A program made the position numbers and the translations under genes. Below, piece by piece: positions 29,330 to 39,649 of a DNA stretch of 64,000 nt. Under the pieces are notes generated by a model. The model had not been told where the DNA came from. It made no database searches and worked only from the letters and a program-made list of their open reading frames with translations. Source of the stretch: Chloroflexota bacterium (GTDB lineage: Bacteria; Chloroflexota; Dehalococcoidia; UBA2979); contig CANKAU010000007.1 in NCBI GenBank assembly GCA_947479915.1, positions 16,190 through 80,189 of the forward strand, read 5' to 3'. The stretch's first letter is position 1, and each line of letters opens with the position of its first letter.

Positions 29330-30568
29330 ATGACCTCCCCCACCCGCCTGGAGTCGCTCCGCCACGCCGTTCCGTCCGACGTCGAACGCTCGCCGAGCGG
29401 CTTCGGCATCGACGCTGTCGAGCCCGCGCTCGCCTTCAGCCCGGACGACCGCAACGAGGTCGCCGCGCTGCTCCGCGCCGCCGACGAGGCGGGCGTGGTG
29501 GTCGTGCCGCAGGGTGGACGCACGGCGCTGAGCCTCGGCCGGCCGCTGCAGCGCTACGACGTGGCGCTGGAGACGCGCGGGCTGCAGCGCATCGTGGAGT
29601 ACGTGCCCGACGACCTGACGCTCACTGTGGAGGCCGGCATCCACCTGGAGGCGCTGCAGCAGACGCTGCGCGAGCACGGCCAGTACCTGCCCATCGACCC
29701 ACCGCCCGATGACCACGTGTCCATCGGCGGCCTGCTGGCGACGGCGCGCTCTGGTGCGTGGCGCGGGCACCTCCCAGCCGCGCGCGACCTGCTCCTCGGC
29801 GCGGTGGTCGCCTCGCCCACCGGGCAGCTGGAGTCCTCCGGTGGGCGCGTGGTGAAGAACGTCACCGGCTACGACATGCACCGCATGCACACGGGCGCGC
29901 TCGGCGCGTTCGGCGTCATCGTCGAGGCGTCGTTCAAGGTGGCGCCGCTGCCGCCCGTCACCCGCACCCTCGCCGCGCGCGCGGACACGATCGCCGAGGC
30001 GGGCGCGCTCGCGATGCGCCTCTGGAACGCGAGTCTGGCGGCGCGCGCGATCAGCATCCTCGCCCCCGAGACCGCGGAGCGGATCGGCCTCGAAGCGAGC
30101 CCGACCGTCCTCATCGAACTCGCGGGCCTCGAGGTCTCCGTCGATCGCTCCACGCAGATCATCCGCGAGGCGAACCCGCGCGCGGACGAGCCTGCCGGCA
30201 CACCATGGGAGCGCCTGCGCCGTCTGCATGGCGACCGCGTCGCTGCGGTCGTGCGCTTCGGGGTGCCCTCCTCGGACGTCATCGGCGCGATCGAGGCCGC
30301 CCGGGGTGCCGGGTGCATCGCGTGGGGACACATCGCCTCAGGCGCGGTGATCGGCCATGCGCCGAGCCTCGACGCTGCTTCAGTGCAGCGGCTGCGCGCG
30401 CACGCGACGGAGCGCGGGGGCTTCCTGCAGCTCGAGTCCGGGTCGAGGGGGCTCCGCGCGGCGGTCGACCCGTTCGGGCCGGGCGAGGTCGACCTCGTAC
30501 GTTCGCTCAAGGCGCGCTTCGACGCGCGCGGTACCCTGAATCGTGGACGATGGATGGAGGGCGTGTGA
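29330..30568 (+). CDS. glcE: Glycolate oxidase FAD subunit GlcE
   Basis: Y.PDDLTLTVEAG and GGRVVKNVTGYDMHR...GALG. Confidence 0.88.
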   Translation: MTSPTRLESLRHAVPSDVERSPSGFGIDAVEPALAFSPDDRNEVAALLRAADEAGVVVVPQGGRTALSLGRPLQRYDVALETRGLQRIVEYVPDDLTLTVEAGIHLEALQQTLREHGQYLPIDPPPDDHVSIGGLLATARSGAWRGHLPAARDLLLGAVVASPTGQLESSGGRVVKNVTGYDMHRMHTGALGAFGVIVEASFKVAPLPPVTRTLAARADTIAEAGALAMRLWNASLAARAISILAPETAERIGLEASPTVLIELAGLEVSVDRSTQIIREANPRADEPAGTPWERLRRLHGDRVAAVVRFGVPSSDVIGAIEAARGAGCIAWGHIASGAVIGHAPSLDAASVQRLRAHATERGGFLQLESGSRGLRAAVDPFGPGEVDLVRSLKARFDARGTLNRGRWMEGV

Positions 30569-31911
30569 CGCCCAGCGCACCCGGCACCCCGACGCACGAG
30601 CACACCAGCCTGTCGCAGGGCCTGCACTTCGTGGGCCCGGACGTGCCGTCCGTCGCCGACCTGCAGAACTGCATCCACTGCGGTTTCTGCCTTCCCACCT
30701 GCCCAACCTACGTCGCCACCGGGCAGGAGCTCGAGTCGCCCCGCGGCCGCCTGCACCTGATCTCCGCTGTGCACGACGGGCGCATCGAGGCGACCGACCG
30801 CACGCTGGCGCACTTCGACCGCTGCCTCCAGTGCCGCGCGTGCGAGACGGCGTGCCCCTCCGGCGTGCCCTACGGCCGGATCATGGAGGATGCGCGCGCC
30901 TCGATCATGGCGAACGCGCCCACGGCGCAGCCCGTCTCGTGGCGACTGCGCGCGCTCGCGCTGCGGTACGTCGTCGCGCGGCGTCCCGTGCTGCGCTTCG
31001 TGCTGGACCTCGGACGGCTGTACTCGCGATCGGGGCTGCAGCGCATCGCGCGCGGTCCGCTGCGCCGGCTGCTCCCCGCGAAGATCGCGCGCATGGAGTC
31101 CTCGATCCCCGTGCTCACCGAGACGCCCTTCCGCGAGACCGGCACGCTCGCCAGCCCGCGGGAGGTGACCGCGCGCGTCGCGCTACTCCTCGGCTGCATG
31201 CACGGCGAGATGTACCCCCGCATGCACGAGGCGACCGTGCGCGTGCTCGCGCACGCGGGCTGCGAGGTCGTCGCGCCGCCGGAGCAGGTGTGCTGCGGCG
31301 CGCTGCACTCGCACGCCGGTGACGCAGAGACCGCCCGCGCCCTCGCCCGCCGCAACATCGCGGCGTTCGAGGCTGCCGGAGTGGACGCGGTGATCGTGAA
31401 CGCCGCCGGCTGCGGCGCCGCGATGAAGGAGTACGACCGCCTGCTGCGCAATGACCCGCACTGGGGCCCGCGTGCGCAGCGCTTCTCGCACTCGGTGAAG
31501 GACGTGCTGGAGTACGTCGCGGAGCGCGACTTCGCGCACGACCTCGGCACCGTCGATGAGACCGTGACGCTGCAGGAGGCGTGCCACCTGGCCCACGCGC
31601 AGAAGATCCGCGAGGCGCCCCGCCGCATCCTGCGCGCGATCCCCGGCCTGCGCATCGAGGAGCTCAAGACGCCGGACCGCTGCTGCGGCTCGGCGGGCAT
31701 CTACTCGTTCGTGCAGCCCGACCTGTCCGCGGCGATCCTCGACGCGAAGATGGAGGACGTCATGCGCACGGGCGCCGACGTCATCTGCACCGCGAACCCC
31801 GGCTGCACGCTGCAGTTGCAGGCGGGCGTCGTACGCACCGGCATGCACGCCGAGGTGCGCCATGTGATCGAGGTCCTGGATCAGGCTGTGCGCGCCGGCG
31901 CCGCTCGCTAG
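30565..31911 (+). CDS. glcF: Glycolate oxidase Fe-S subunit GlcF
   Basis: CIHCGFCLPTCP, CLQCRACETACPSGV and two CCG domains. Confidence 0.9.
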   Translation: MTPSAPGTPTHEHTSLSQGLHFVGPDVPSVADLQNCIHCGFCLPTCPTYVATGQELESPRGRLHLISAVHDGRIEATDRTLAHFDRCLQCRACETACPSGVPYGRIMEDARASIMANAPTAQPVSWRLRALALRYVVARRPVLRFVLDLGRLYSRSGLQRIARGPLRRLLPAKIARMESSIPVLTETPFRETGTLASPREVTARVALLLGCMHGEMYPRMHEATVRVLAHAGCEVVAPPEQVCCGALHSHAGDAETARALARRNIAAFEAAGVDAVIVNAAGCGAAMKEYDRLLRNDPHWGPRAQRFSHSVKDVLEYVAERDFAHDLGTVDETVTLQEACHLAHAQKIREAPRRILRAIPGLRIEELKTPDRCCGSAGIYSFVQPDLSAAILDAKMEDVMRTGADVICTANPGCTLQLQAGVVRTGMHAEVRHVIEVLDQAVRAGAAR

Positions 31912-31927
31912 CCTCGAGCCTCGTGCG

Positions 31928-33568
31928 CTAGGCGCGCTGCGGTGCGCTCCAGATGCCGGACAGCACACCGGTGTTCAGGTCGTAGGCGTTGAATTCGTAG
32001 CCGGAGATGCCCGCGGCGATCGTCGCGTACTCCGGCATCGAGGCGATCGGGAGCATCGCGGGGCCGTCGTCCAGCAGCAGCTTCTGTGCCGCGCGGGACT
32101 TCTGTGCGCGCTCCTTCGGGTCGAAGGCGGAGAGCACTCCCCGCACCGCGACGTCGTACATCGGGTTCGAGTAGCCCCACAGCGAGAACTTCCCCGCAAT
32201 GCCCTCGGTCGTGTGCAGTCGCAGCCCGATATCGGGCGTGTCGATCGCGCCGAGGTCGAACAGCGTCGCCTCGAAGTCCCCGGCCATGAAGCTCTTCTGC
32301 CAGCCCTCGAACGGCACGGTCTGCAGGCGCGGCGCGAAGCCGGTGGACTGCAGGTTCTCGGCGACCAGTTGCGACCACTGGAGCATCAGCGGCAGGTCCG
32401 GCACGGACAGGCGGAACGTCAGCCCCTCGACGCCCGCGGCGACCAGCAGCTGCCGCGCCTCGTGCGCATCCCGGCGGTACAGCGGATGTCCGAGCAGCTC
32501 CTGCTCCGGGATCGCGTCCCCGGCATGCGCCGGGCCGACCGGCCCCGAGGTGTACGAGCGGTCGAGCGCCAGCAGAGGCTCGCGCTCCAGCGACATGCCG
32601 ATCGCCCGGCGCACGCGCGCGTCCTGGAACGCTGCGACGTAGCGCACCGATGCGCCGTTCTTCGATGGCAGCAGCGAGAGGCCGAGGCCGCGCAGGCGGC
32701 GCGCCGGACGCTGCTGCGTCGAGGTCCCCTGAGGCAGTCCGCTCGCCGGGCGCGTGCCCGCGGCAAGGGTGCGCACATCGATCTCACCGCGGGCAAACGC
32801 GGCATCCAGCTCGCTCGCGACGTTCGCGCCGGTGACCTCAATCGCCCCCAGGAGCGGCTTTGCGTCACCGGTGAGCGTGGGGTTCGTGGCGTAGCGCATG
32901 CCGGTATCGCCGCGCTTCTTCGGCACCCACATGCCGCTGCCCACGCGCTCGGTCGTGCCTGCGTAGTTGCCCTCGCCACGCACCGAGGCGCCCGGCGCGC
33001 CGAGCAGCTCGAAGAGCAGCCCGAACGGCGCCTTCAGGTGCAGCACCAGCGTCCGGCTGTCCGGCCGGTCGATGCGGTCGACCACTTCGGTGAACAGCGT
33101 GTGGCCCTCGGAGGCGCGGCGCTGGAAGTCGGTGCGCACGGTGTCGGCGCTCAGCGGCTGCTCGGTGCCATTGCCATCCGGGTGGAAGCGTTGGCTCTCG
33201 CGCAGCGTGAACCGCACCAGCTGCGGCTCGGGCTGCTCCACCGCGCGCGCGATCTCCTGGTGCACCGCCGGACCTCGAGGATCGACGGCGACGAGGCGCG
33301 CGTAGGCGAGGAGCAGATCCTCGTTGTCGCTCAGGAGCCCCGTGCCGGCGTTGCGCACGCGCCCGAGGCGCAGCACACCCGCAGGCGGGCGCTTGCCGGT
33401 GCTCTTCGGCCGGTCATTCATCGCGATCCCGCCGGGGGCGGGCGTAGCGGCGGACGGCCCGGGCGCGCCCGCAGTGCAGGCAACGAACAGCCCCGCAGCG
33501 GCTGCACCCATGCCGAGGGCGAGCGCACGACGGCGTCCGATGCGACGGCTGAACGGGCGTGGTGTCAT
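31928..33568 (-). CDS. Family-5 ABC solute-binding lipoprotein with Tat signal (orphan)
   Basis: GRRRALALG...FVAC signal; FTLR, FQDARVRRAI, YSNP.YD segments. Confidence 0.78.
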   Translation of the reverse strand: MTPRPFSRRIGRRRALALGMGAAAAGLFVACTAGAPGPSAATPAPGGIAMNDRPKSTGKRPPAGVLRLGRVRNAGTGLLSDNEDLLLAYARLVAVDPRGPAVHQEIARAVEQPEPQLVRFTLRESQRFHPDGNGTEQPLSADTVRTDFQRRASEGHTLFTEVVDRIDRPDSRTLVLHLKAPFGLLFELLGAPGASVRGEGNYAGTTERVGSGMWVPKKRGDTGMRYATNPTLTGDAKPLLGAIEVTGANVASELDAAFARGEIDVRTLAAGTRPASGLPQGTSTQQRPARRLRGLGLSLLPSKNGASVRYVAAFQDARVRRAIGMSLEREPLLALDRSYTSGPVGPAHAGDAIPEQELLGHPLYRRDAHEARQLLVAAGVEGLTFRLSVPDLPLMLQWSQLVAENLQSTGFAPRLQTVPFEGWQKSFMAGDFEATLFDLGAIDTPDIGLRLHTTEGIAGKFSLWGYSNPMYDVAVRGVLSAFDPKERAQKSRAAQKLLLDDGPAMLPIASMPEYATIAAGISGYEFNAYDLNTGVLSGIWSAPQRA

Positions 33569-33785
33569 GCGTGCGGCGTCTGCGCCAACGGGTGCGCTGC
33601 CTTGGCCTTCCGGGGTGACCCTGATCGCGGCTGCGTGGGCGACTCGCTCGGCGCCGTCGCCGGAGCGGAGCGGGGTGGAGGCCCTGCGACGATCCTACGA
33701 GGCAGCAGCCCCGCGTCGCAAACCACCGGCCGGCAGCGGCAAGTGGATTCGCGCCCGCGCCTCGGCGGGGGCTACGATCCCCGGC

Positions 33786-34454
33786 ATGTGGGAAGCACCG
33801 GGCCGCGATCGAGGATCCTCCGAGCCGCCGGGCGATGCGCCCACGGGTGGTGACGCCCTCGGCGGGGCTCCTGACTCCAGCCGCCCGGCGAACCCGTGGC
33901 CGCGGCTGCTCGCGTTCGCCGCCGTGGTGGGCATCGTCGTCGTGCTGACGGGGACGTGCCTCGTGTCCTACGCGCGGCCGCCAGAGCGCGAGCTGCGCGC
34001 CTCGTTCGCGGAGTTCAGCATCGCGGTGCCGAAGTTCCTGCCTGTCACCACCTTCGGCGCGGACGCCGGGGGACGCACCTTCGGCGCGTGGGTGACCGTG
34101 AACGCCGACGGCCGCGTCTTCGCCGTGCTGTCGAGGTCGCCCGAGACCGGGTGCCACGTCCGCTGGGACGGCGGCGCCCCCGGAGCAGCGCTCCCCGACG
34201 GACAGTTCATCGACCCCTGCGGCCCCGCGCGCTACGGCGCGAACGGCGCGGCGCTGAACAACACTGCTCCCCGCGACCTGCACACCTTCCCCGGCCGCGT
34301 CGAGGGCCGTCGCGACGTCATCGTGCCGATCGCCACGCTCATCCTCGGCGCGTGCCGCACAGACGGCGCCACGGGCTGCTCGAAGACCACCGGTGCAGAG
34401 ACGCGCGCGCTCCCACAAACAGGACTGCCGCCCGAGGTCGGGCGGCAGCCGTAG
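33786..34454 (+). CDS. Membrane-anchored degenerate Rieske-like protein
   Basis: TM helix, then FAVLSRSPETGCHVRW...FIDPCGPARY...G......APRDL, the Rieske box1/box2/Pro-loop layout. ATG lies 7 nt after TACGAT. Confidence 0.68.
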   Translation: MWEAPGRDRGSSEPPGDAPTGGDALGGAPDSSRPANPWPRLLAFAAVVGIVVVLTGTCLVSYARPPERELRASFAEFSIAVPKFLPVTTFGADAGGRTFGAWVTVNADGRVFAVLSRSPETGCHVRWDGGAPGAALPDGQFIDPCGPARYGANGAALNNTAPRDLHTFPGRVEGRRDVIVPIATLILGACRTDGATGCSKTTGAETRALPQTGLPPEVGRQP

Positions 34455-34478
34455 TTCTACGCGATCGGGTCGGTCTCG

Positions 34479-34868
34479 CTACCAGATGCCGAGCGCGAGC
34501 TTGACGTCCTCGGACGCCATGGTGCGCGGATCCCAGGGGGGCTGCCAGACGAGGTTCACCTCGACGTCGAGGACGTTCGGGAGCTGCGCCACCTTGTGGT
34601 AGATCATGCCCTGCAGCATCGGCCCCACCGGGCACGCCGGAGAAGTGAGCGTCAGGTCGACCTGCACCAGGCCGTCGTCCTCGATGTTCACGCCGTAGAG
34701 CAGACCGAGATCGACGATGCTCATGCGGAGTTCGGGGTCCTCGACGGTCTGGAGCACCGCGCGCACCTCGTCCTCGGTCGGCGGGCCGTCGTGTGCGGGG
34801 ATTTCCACGGGCGCGGCTTCAGCGTGCTCGTGGTGGTGCTGGTGGTCGTGGACGTGCGCCTCGGTCAT
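34479..34868 (-). CDS. sufT: DUF59/SufT Fe-S maturation protein
   Basis: DPEL..SIVDLGL, TLTSPACP, WQPPW; His-rich N-terminus. Confidence 0.9.
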   Translation of the reverse strand: MTEAHVHDHQHHHEHAEAAPVEIPAHDGPPTEDEVRAVLQTVEDPELRMSIVDLGLLYGVNIEDDGLVQVDLTLTSPACPVGPMLQGMIYHKVAQLPNVLDVEVNLVWQPPWDPRTMASEDVKLALGIW

Positions 34869-34870
34869 GG

Positions 34871-35338
34871 CTAGGCGCTCCTTTCATCGGTCGTGACAGC
34901 GCCGCCTTCACCAACGAGCGCCTGTTCGAGCGTCTTCCATGAGAGCGAGGCGCACTTCACGCGCGCCGGGAACTTCGCGACGCCGATCAGCGCCTCGATG
35001 TCATCGAACCCGTCGATGCCGGGGGACTCCGCAGTGACCATCATCTGCTGGAACGCATCGATGCCGCCGCGTGCCTCCGTGACCGTGCGGCCCTTCACGT
35101 ACTCGGTCATCATGCTGGCCGAGGCCTGCGAGATGGAGCAGCCGCGCCCGGAGAACGAGATGTCGACGATGTGGTCGTCCGCGACGGACACGTCGATGCG
35201 CACCTGATCGCCGCAGAGCGGGTTCGAGCCGTCCGCGCTGCACGTCGGCGCGTCGATGCCGCCGTGGTTGCGCGGCTGGCGGTAGTGGTCGAGGAGGATC
35301 TCGCGGTAGAGATCGTCCAGCAGCGAGCCAGTGGTCAT
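34871..35338 (-). CDS. sufU: SufU-type scaffold/sulfur-transfer protein
   Basis: LYREILLDHY, NPLCGD, GCSISQASASMM, RVKCA. Confidence 0.93.
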   Translation of the reverse strand: MTTGSLLDDLYREILLDHYRQPRNHGGIDAPTCSADGSNPLCGDQVRIDVSVADDHIVDISFSGRGCSISQASASMMTEYVKGRTVTEARGGIDAFQQMMVTAESPGIDGFDDIEALIGVAKFPARVKCASLSWKTLEQALVGEGGAVTTDERSA

Positions 35339-36609
35339 GAGCCGACTCCGAAGAACGCCGACGTCGCCTCGAGCGCCGACGCCAGCGCGTCCACCTCGGC
35401 GGTCGTGTTGTAGATGTAGAACGAGGCACGCGCGGTGGCAGGCACATCGAGCGCCGCCATTACCGGCTGCGCGCAGTGGTGTCCCGTGCGGATCGCGACG
35501 CCACGCGTGTCGAGGAGCTGACCCACGTCGTGCGGGTGGACGCCCTCCAGCTCGAAGGAGACGACGCCACCGCGCTGCAGCGCGTCCATCGGCCCGAAGA
35601 TCGAGACGCCGGGCACGTCGGCCAGCCGTCGCAGCGCGTAGTCCGTGATCTCGATCTCGTGGCGGCGCACCTCGTCCATGCCGAGCGCCGACAGGTAGTC
35701 GACGGCAGCACCGAGGCCGATCGCGTCGGCGATGTTGGGCGTGCCCGCCTCGAACTTCGCGGGGACGTCGGCCCAGGTGGAATGCTCCATGGTCACGCTA
35801 AGGATCATGTCGCCGCCGCCCATGAACGGATCCATGGAATCCAGCAGCGGCAGCCGGCCCCACAGCACGCCGATGCCGGTCGGCCCGAGCATCTTGTGCC
35901 CCGAGAACGCGAGGAAGTCGACGCCCAGCGCCTGCACGTCGACGGCCATGTGCGGCACCGACTGCGCACCGTCGATGAGCACGAGCGCACCCTGAGCCTT
36001 CGCCAGCGGGATGATTTCCTGCAGCGGGACGATCGTGCCCAGCGCGTTCGACATCGCCGTGATCGACAGCAGCTTCGTCTTCGGGCCGATGATCTGGCGG
36101 GCGACCTCGAGGTCCAGCGTCCCGTCCGGCAGCATCGGGATGTACTTCACCACGATGCCCCGCTCGTCGCGCAGCATCTGCCACGGGACGATGTTGGAGT
36201 GGTGCTCGATCTCGGAGACGACCACCTCGTCGCCGGCCTGCAGGAATTTCCGTGCCCAGCCGTGCGCCACGAGGTTGATCGACTCGGTGGTGTTGCGCGT
36301 GAAGATGACCTCGCGCGCATCGGATGCGCCGATGAACGCCGCGATCTTCACGCGGGCGCCCTCGTACAGCTCGGTCGCCTCCACGGACAGCGTGTGGACG
36401 CCGCGGTGGATGTTCGCGTTGTGGTCGCGGTAGAAGCGCGTCAGTTCCGCGATCACCTGCACCGGCTTCTGGCTGGTGGCGGCGTTGTCGAGGTAGACGA
36501 GCCCGACACCCGGCGCGACCTCGCGCTTGAGGATCGGGAAGTCGCGGCGGATACGCGTGATGTCGAAGGGCAGGCGCGCGCCCGGCTGGGAGTGTGCGGT
36601 AAGCGTCAC
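35335..36609 (-). CDS. sufS: Cysteine desulfurase, group II
   Basis: YLDNAATSQKP, HHSNIVPWQ, SGHKMLGPTGIG, RTGHHCAQP. Confidence 0.95.
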   Translation of the reverse strand: MTLTAHSQPGARLPFDITRIRRDFPILKREVAPGVGLVYLDNAATSQKPVQVIAELTRFYRDHNANIHRGVHTLSVEATELYEGARVKIAAFIGASDAREVIFTRNTTESINLVAHGWARKFLQAGDEVVVSEIEHHSNIVPWQMLRDERGIVVKYIPMLPDGTLDLEVARQIIGPKTKLLSITAMSNALGTIVPLQEIIPLAKAQGALVLIDGAQSVPHMAVDVQALGVDFLAFSGHKMLGPTGIGVLWGRLPLLDSMDPFMGGGDMILSVTMEHSTWADVPAKFEAGTPNIADAIGLGAAVDYLSALGMDEVRRHEIEITDYALRRLADVPGVSIFGPMDALQRGGVVSFELEGVHPHDVGQLLDTRGVAIRTGHHCAQPVMAALDVPATARASFYIYNTTAEVDALASALEATSAFFGVGS

Positions 36610-36923
36610 TGTGCCGCCTCGCAATCGATGATCAGGTCGTCGCCCTCGCGGGTGACGGCGTAGGCCTGCACGCTCTTCACGGCGGGGAGCGAGATCACTC
36701 GCCCCGTCTTCGCATCGAACTGCGCGCCGTGTCGAGGACACAGGATCCGCCCGTTGCGGATGCGCCCCTCGCCCAGCGGGCCGCCGTCGTGCGTGCAGAC
36801 GTTGTCGATGGCGTAGTACTCGCCGTCGACGTTGCTGAGGGCGAGCGAGCGACCGGCGCACTCCACCACGCGCACCTCGTTCAGGGGCACGTCGGAAGCC
36901 GCCGCTACGCGCTCGTCACTCAT
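36606..36923 (-). CDS. Rieske-type [2Fe-2S] ferredoxin
   Basis: CTHDGGPL...CPRHGAQFD with all four ligands present; inside the suf operon. Confidence 0.92.
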   Translation of the reverse strand: MSDERVAAASDVPLNEVRVVECAGRSLALSNVDGEYYAIDNVCTHDGGPLGEGRIRNGRILCPRHGAQFDAKTGRVISLPAVKSVQAYAVTREGDDLIIDCEAAQ

Positions 36924-36998
36924 CGTGGCTCCTCACTCGAGGCCCGAAGGTCCGGATCGGGGCGGGCCGAGTCTTCCCGGCACCAGCCCCGAAATGAA

Positions 36999-38231
36999 TT
37001 ACAGATCGGCGTTGACGATCTTCTGCTGGACGCGCTCCAACATGTCCTCGGACAGCGCCGCGAACGCCTCGTCGTTGAGCACGCTGGCGAAGAAGCCGCC
37101 GACGAGGAGCTTCAGCGCGCCGCGGTAGTCGATGCCGCGGCTCTGCAGGTAAAAGAGCGCTTCCTGGTCGACGGGTCCCACGGTCGCGCCGTGGCCACAG
37201 CGGATCACGTCCGCTGTGAGGATCTCCAGCACTGGGTCGGAGTCCGCCTTCGCGCGGTCGGAGAGCAGCAGATTGCGGTTCTCCTGGTTCGCGGCGGATC
37301 CGCCTGCCGTGGTCTCCACGCGGGTGATGCCGTAGTACACCGAGCGCGAGGCGCCCGCGAGCGCGGCCTTGATCTCGACGTCGCTCGTGGACTTCGGGCC
37401 CATGTGGTCCTGCAGCGTGACGAAGTCGAAGTGCTGGTCTGCGTCGCCGAGCGCGATGCCACGGATCAGCGAGTTCGCCCCCTGGCCCTCGATCAGCGCC
37501 TCGATCTGCTGCTTCAGCAGGTGCCCGCCGAGCGCGAGCGACGCCACCTGCACGTCCGCGTTCCGCCCGATGCGCGAGCGCAGCGTGGTGAACTCGACCG
37601 TGCTGGCGCCCCAGTCGCCGTCGAACAGCACGCGGACGCGCGCGTCGTCGTTCGCAACGATCTCGACGACCGCCGCCACGAGCAGCGGCGCCTCCGTCGA
37701 GCGGTTCTTCACGATGACCGTGACCTCGCTGTTGGCTTCGGCCACCACGAGGATGCGCGGATAGATGGCCCCGGTCGTGCCGGCCACGTCCACCGTGACG
37801 GGCGCCTCGAAGGCCCCACCGCGGGGAGCGTGGACGAAGACGCCACCGGTCCACTGCGCCGCGTTCGCGGCCACGAACTTGCTCTCGGTGCCCTGCACCA
37901 CGGAGCCCAGCGCGCCCTCGACAGCGGTCGCCTGAGCGGCGTCCGTCAGCGCGGCCGCAATCGTGCCGGCGAACCCGCCGGACGGCGCGCTCCCCGTCAC
38001 ACGCGGCGCGAACGCCGCGTCGGGCGCGAACGCCTCGATCGTGTGGCCGCTGAGGTCCGTGTACTTCCACGGGCGCAGCGCGGGCGTCGGCATCGGGGTC
38101 GCGGCGAAGGCGCGTGCGCCCTCCTCGCGCGCCCGCACGAGCCACCCGGGCTCGCTGCGGGCGGCCGCGGCCGCGGACACCTGCGCTTCGGCGTACACGC
38201 CGAGGTCAGTGGTGATCTGCGTGTCCGCCAT
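36999..38231 (-). CDS. sufD: Fe-S assembly protein SufD
   Basis: WKYTDL, NLLLSDRA.ADS.P.LEI...CGHGATVG, LFYLQSRGI. Confidence 0.93.
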   Translation of the reverse strand: MADTQITTDLGVYAEAQVSAAAAARSEPGWLVRAREEGARAFAATPMPTPALRPWKYTDLSGHTIEAFAPDAAFAPRVTGSAPSGGFAGTIAAALTDAAQATAVEGALGSVVQGTESKFVAANAAQWTGGVFVHAPRGGAFEAPVTVDVAGTTGAIYPRILVVAEANSEVTVIVKNRSTEAPLLVAAVVEIVANDDARVRVLFDGDWGASTVEFTTLRSRIGRNADVQVASLALGGHLLKQQIEALIEGQGANSLIRGIALGDADQHFDFVTLQDHMGPKSTSDVEIKAALAGASRSVYYGITRVETTAGGSAANQENRNLLLSDRAKADSDPVLEILTADVIRCGHGATVGPVDQEALFYLQSRGIDYRGALKLLVGGFFASVLNDEAFAALSEDMLERVQQKIVNADL

Positions 38232-39649
38232 TAACCGACCGAGCCTTCCATCTGGAGCTCGATGAGGCGGTTCAGCTCGATCGCGTACTCCATGGGGAGT
38301 TCCTTCACGATCGGCTCGACGAAGCCGTTGACCACCATCTTCGCCGCATCTTCTTCCTTGATGCCGCGCGACATGAGGTAGAACAACTGGTCCTCACCGA
38401 GCTTCGAGACCGAAGCCTCGTGGCCGATGTTCACCTGCTCCTCGTCGATCTCCATCGTCGGGTACGTGTCGGAGCGCGAGTGCTCGTCCAGCAGCAGCGC
38501 ATCGCAGCGCACCGTCGAGGTGGAGTGGTGCGCGCCTTCGTAGACCTTCAGCAGGCCGCGGTACGAGGTGCGCCCCTTCCCGCGCGACACCGACTTCGAG
38601 ATGATTGCGCTCGAGGTGTGCGGGGCGACGTGGACGATCTTGCCGCCCGCGTCCTGGTGCTGCCCGTCGCCGGCGAACGCCAGCGAGAGGATCTCGCCGT
38701 GCGCGCCCGGCTCCATCAGGTACACGGACGGGTACTTCATGGTGAGCATGGAGCCGAGGTTGCCGTCGACCCACTCCATGATCGCGTTCTCGTACGCGTA
38801 CGCCCGCTTGGTGACGAGGTTGTAGACGTTGTTCGACCAGTTCTGGATCGTCGAGTAGCGCACGCGGGCGTTCTTCTTGACGATGATCTCAACCACCGCC
38901 GAGTGGAGCGACGCGGTGCTGTAGATGGGGGCCGTGCAGCCCTCCACGTAGTGCACCTGCGAACCCTCGTCCGCGATGATCAGCGTGCGCTCGAACTGGC
39001 CCATGTTCTCGGTGTTGATGCGGAAGTAGGCCTGGAGGGGGATGTCCACCTTCACGCCCTTCGGCACGTAGATGAACGAGCCGCCCGACCACACCGCGGT
39101 GTTCAGCGCCGAGAAGCGGTTGTCACCCGCCGGCACGATGGTGCCGAAGTACTCCTTGACGAGCTCCGGGTACTCCGCGAGCGCCTGGTCCATGCCGAGG
39201 AACACGACGCCCAGCTTCGCGAGATCCTCGCGGATGTTGTGGTAGACGACCTCGGAGTCGTACTGAGCGCCCGCACCGGCGAGGAACTGGCGCTCCGCCT
39301 CCGGGATGCCCAGCTTGTCGAAGGTGTCCTTGATGTACTCCGGCACGTCGTCCCAGCTCGTGGAGTCGGTGTCGGTGGCGCGCACGTAGTAGTGGATGTC
39401 ATCGAAGTCGATGGCATTCAGAACGTCGGGGCTGCCGGCCCACGAGGGGTTCTTCATCTTGAGGAACTGCTGGTAGGCGTCGAGACGGTTCTCGAGCATC
39501 CATGCCGGCTCGCCCTTCATCGCGGACATGCCGCGGATGACTTCCTCGTTCAGGCCCTTCTCGGCGATGAACAGCGGCTTCTCGTCGTCGTGGAAGCCCC
39601 ACTTGTACTCGCCAACTGCGTCGCGAGCGGACGGGTTCACGGTGGTCAT
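38231..39649 (-). CDS. sufB: Fe-S assembly protein SufB
   Basis: [37 protein letters not shown]; no intein visible. Confidence 0.97.
   Translation of the reverse strand: MTTVNPSARDAVGEYKWGFHDDEKPLFIAEKGLNEEVIRGMSAMKGEPAWMLENRLDAYQQFLKMKNPSWAGSPDVLNAIDFDDIHYYVRATDTDSTSWDDVPEYIKDTFDKLGIPEAERQFLAGAGAQYDSEVVYHNIREDLAKLGVVFLGMDQALAEYPELVKEYFGTIVPAGDNRFSALNTAVWSGGSFIYVPKGVKVDIPLQAYFRINTENMGQFERTLIIADEGSQVHYVEGCTAPIYSTASLHSAVVEIIVKKNARVRYSTIQNWSNNVYNLVTKRAYAYENAIMEWVDGNLGSMLTMKYPSVYLMEPGAHGEILSLAFAGDGQHQDAGGKIVHVAPHTSSAIISKSVSRGKGRTSYRGLLKVYEGAHHSTSTVRCDALLLDEHSRSDTYPTMEIDEEQVNIGHEASVSKLGEDQLFYLMSRGIKEEDAAKMVVNGFVEPIVKELPMEYAIELNRLIELQMEGSVG

Noticed and set aside
38231..39649. Intein in SufB, as found in some actinobacteria
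   Set aside because: The length (472 aa) is normal and the motifs are contiguous.
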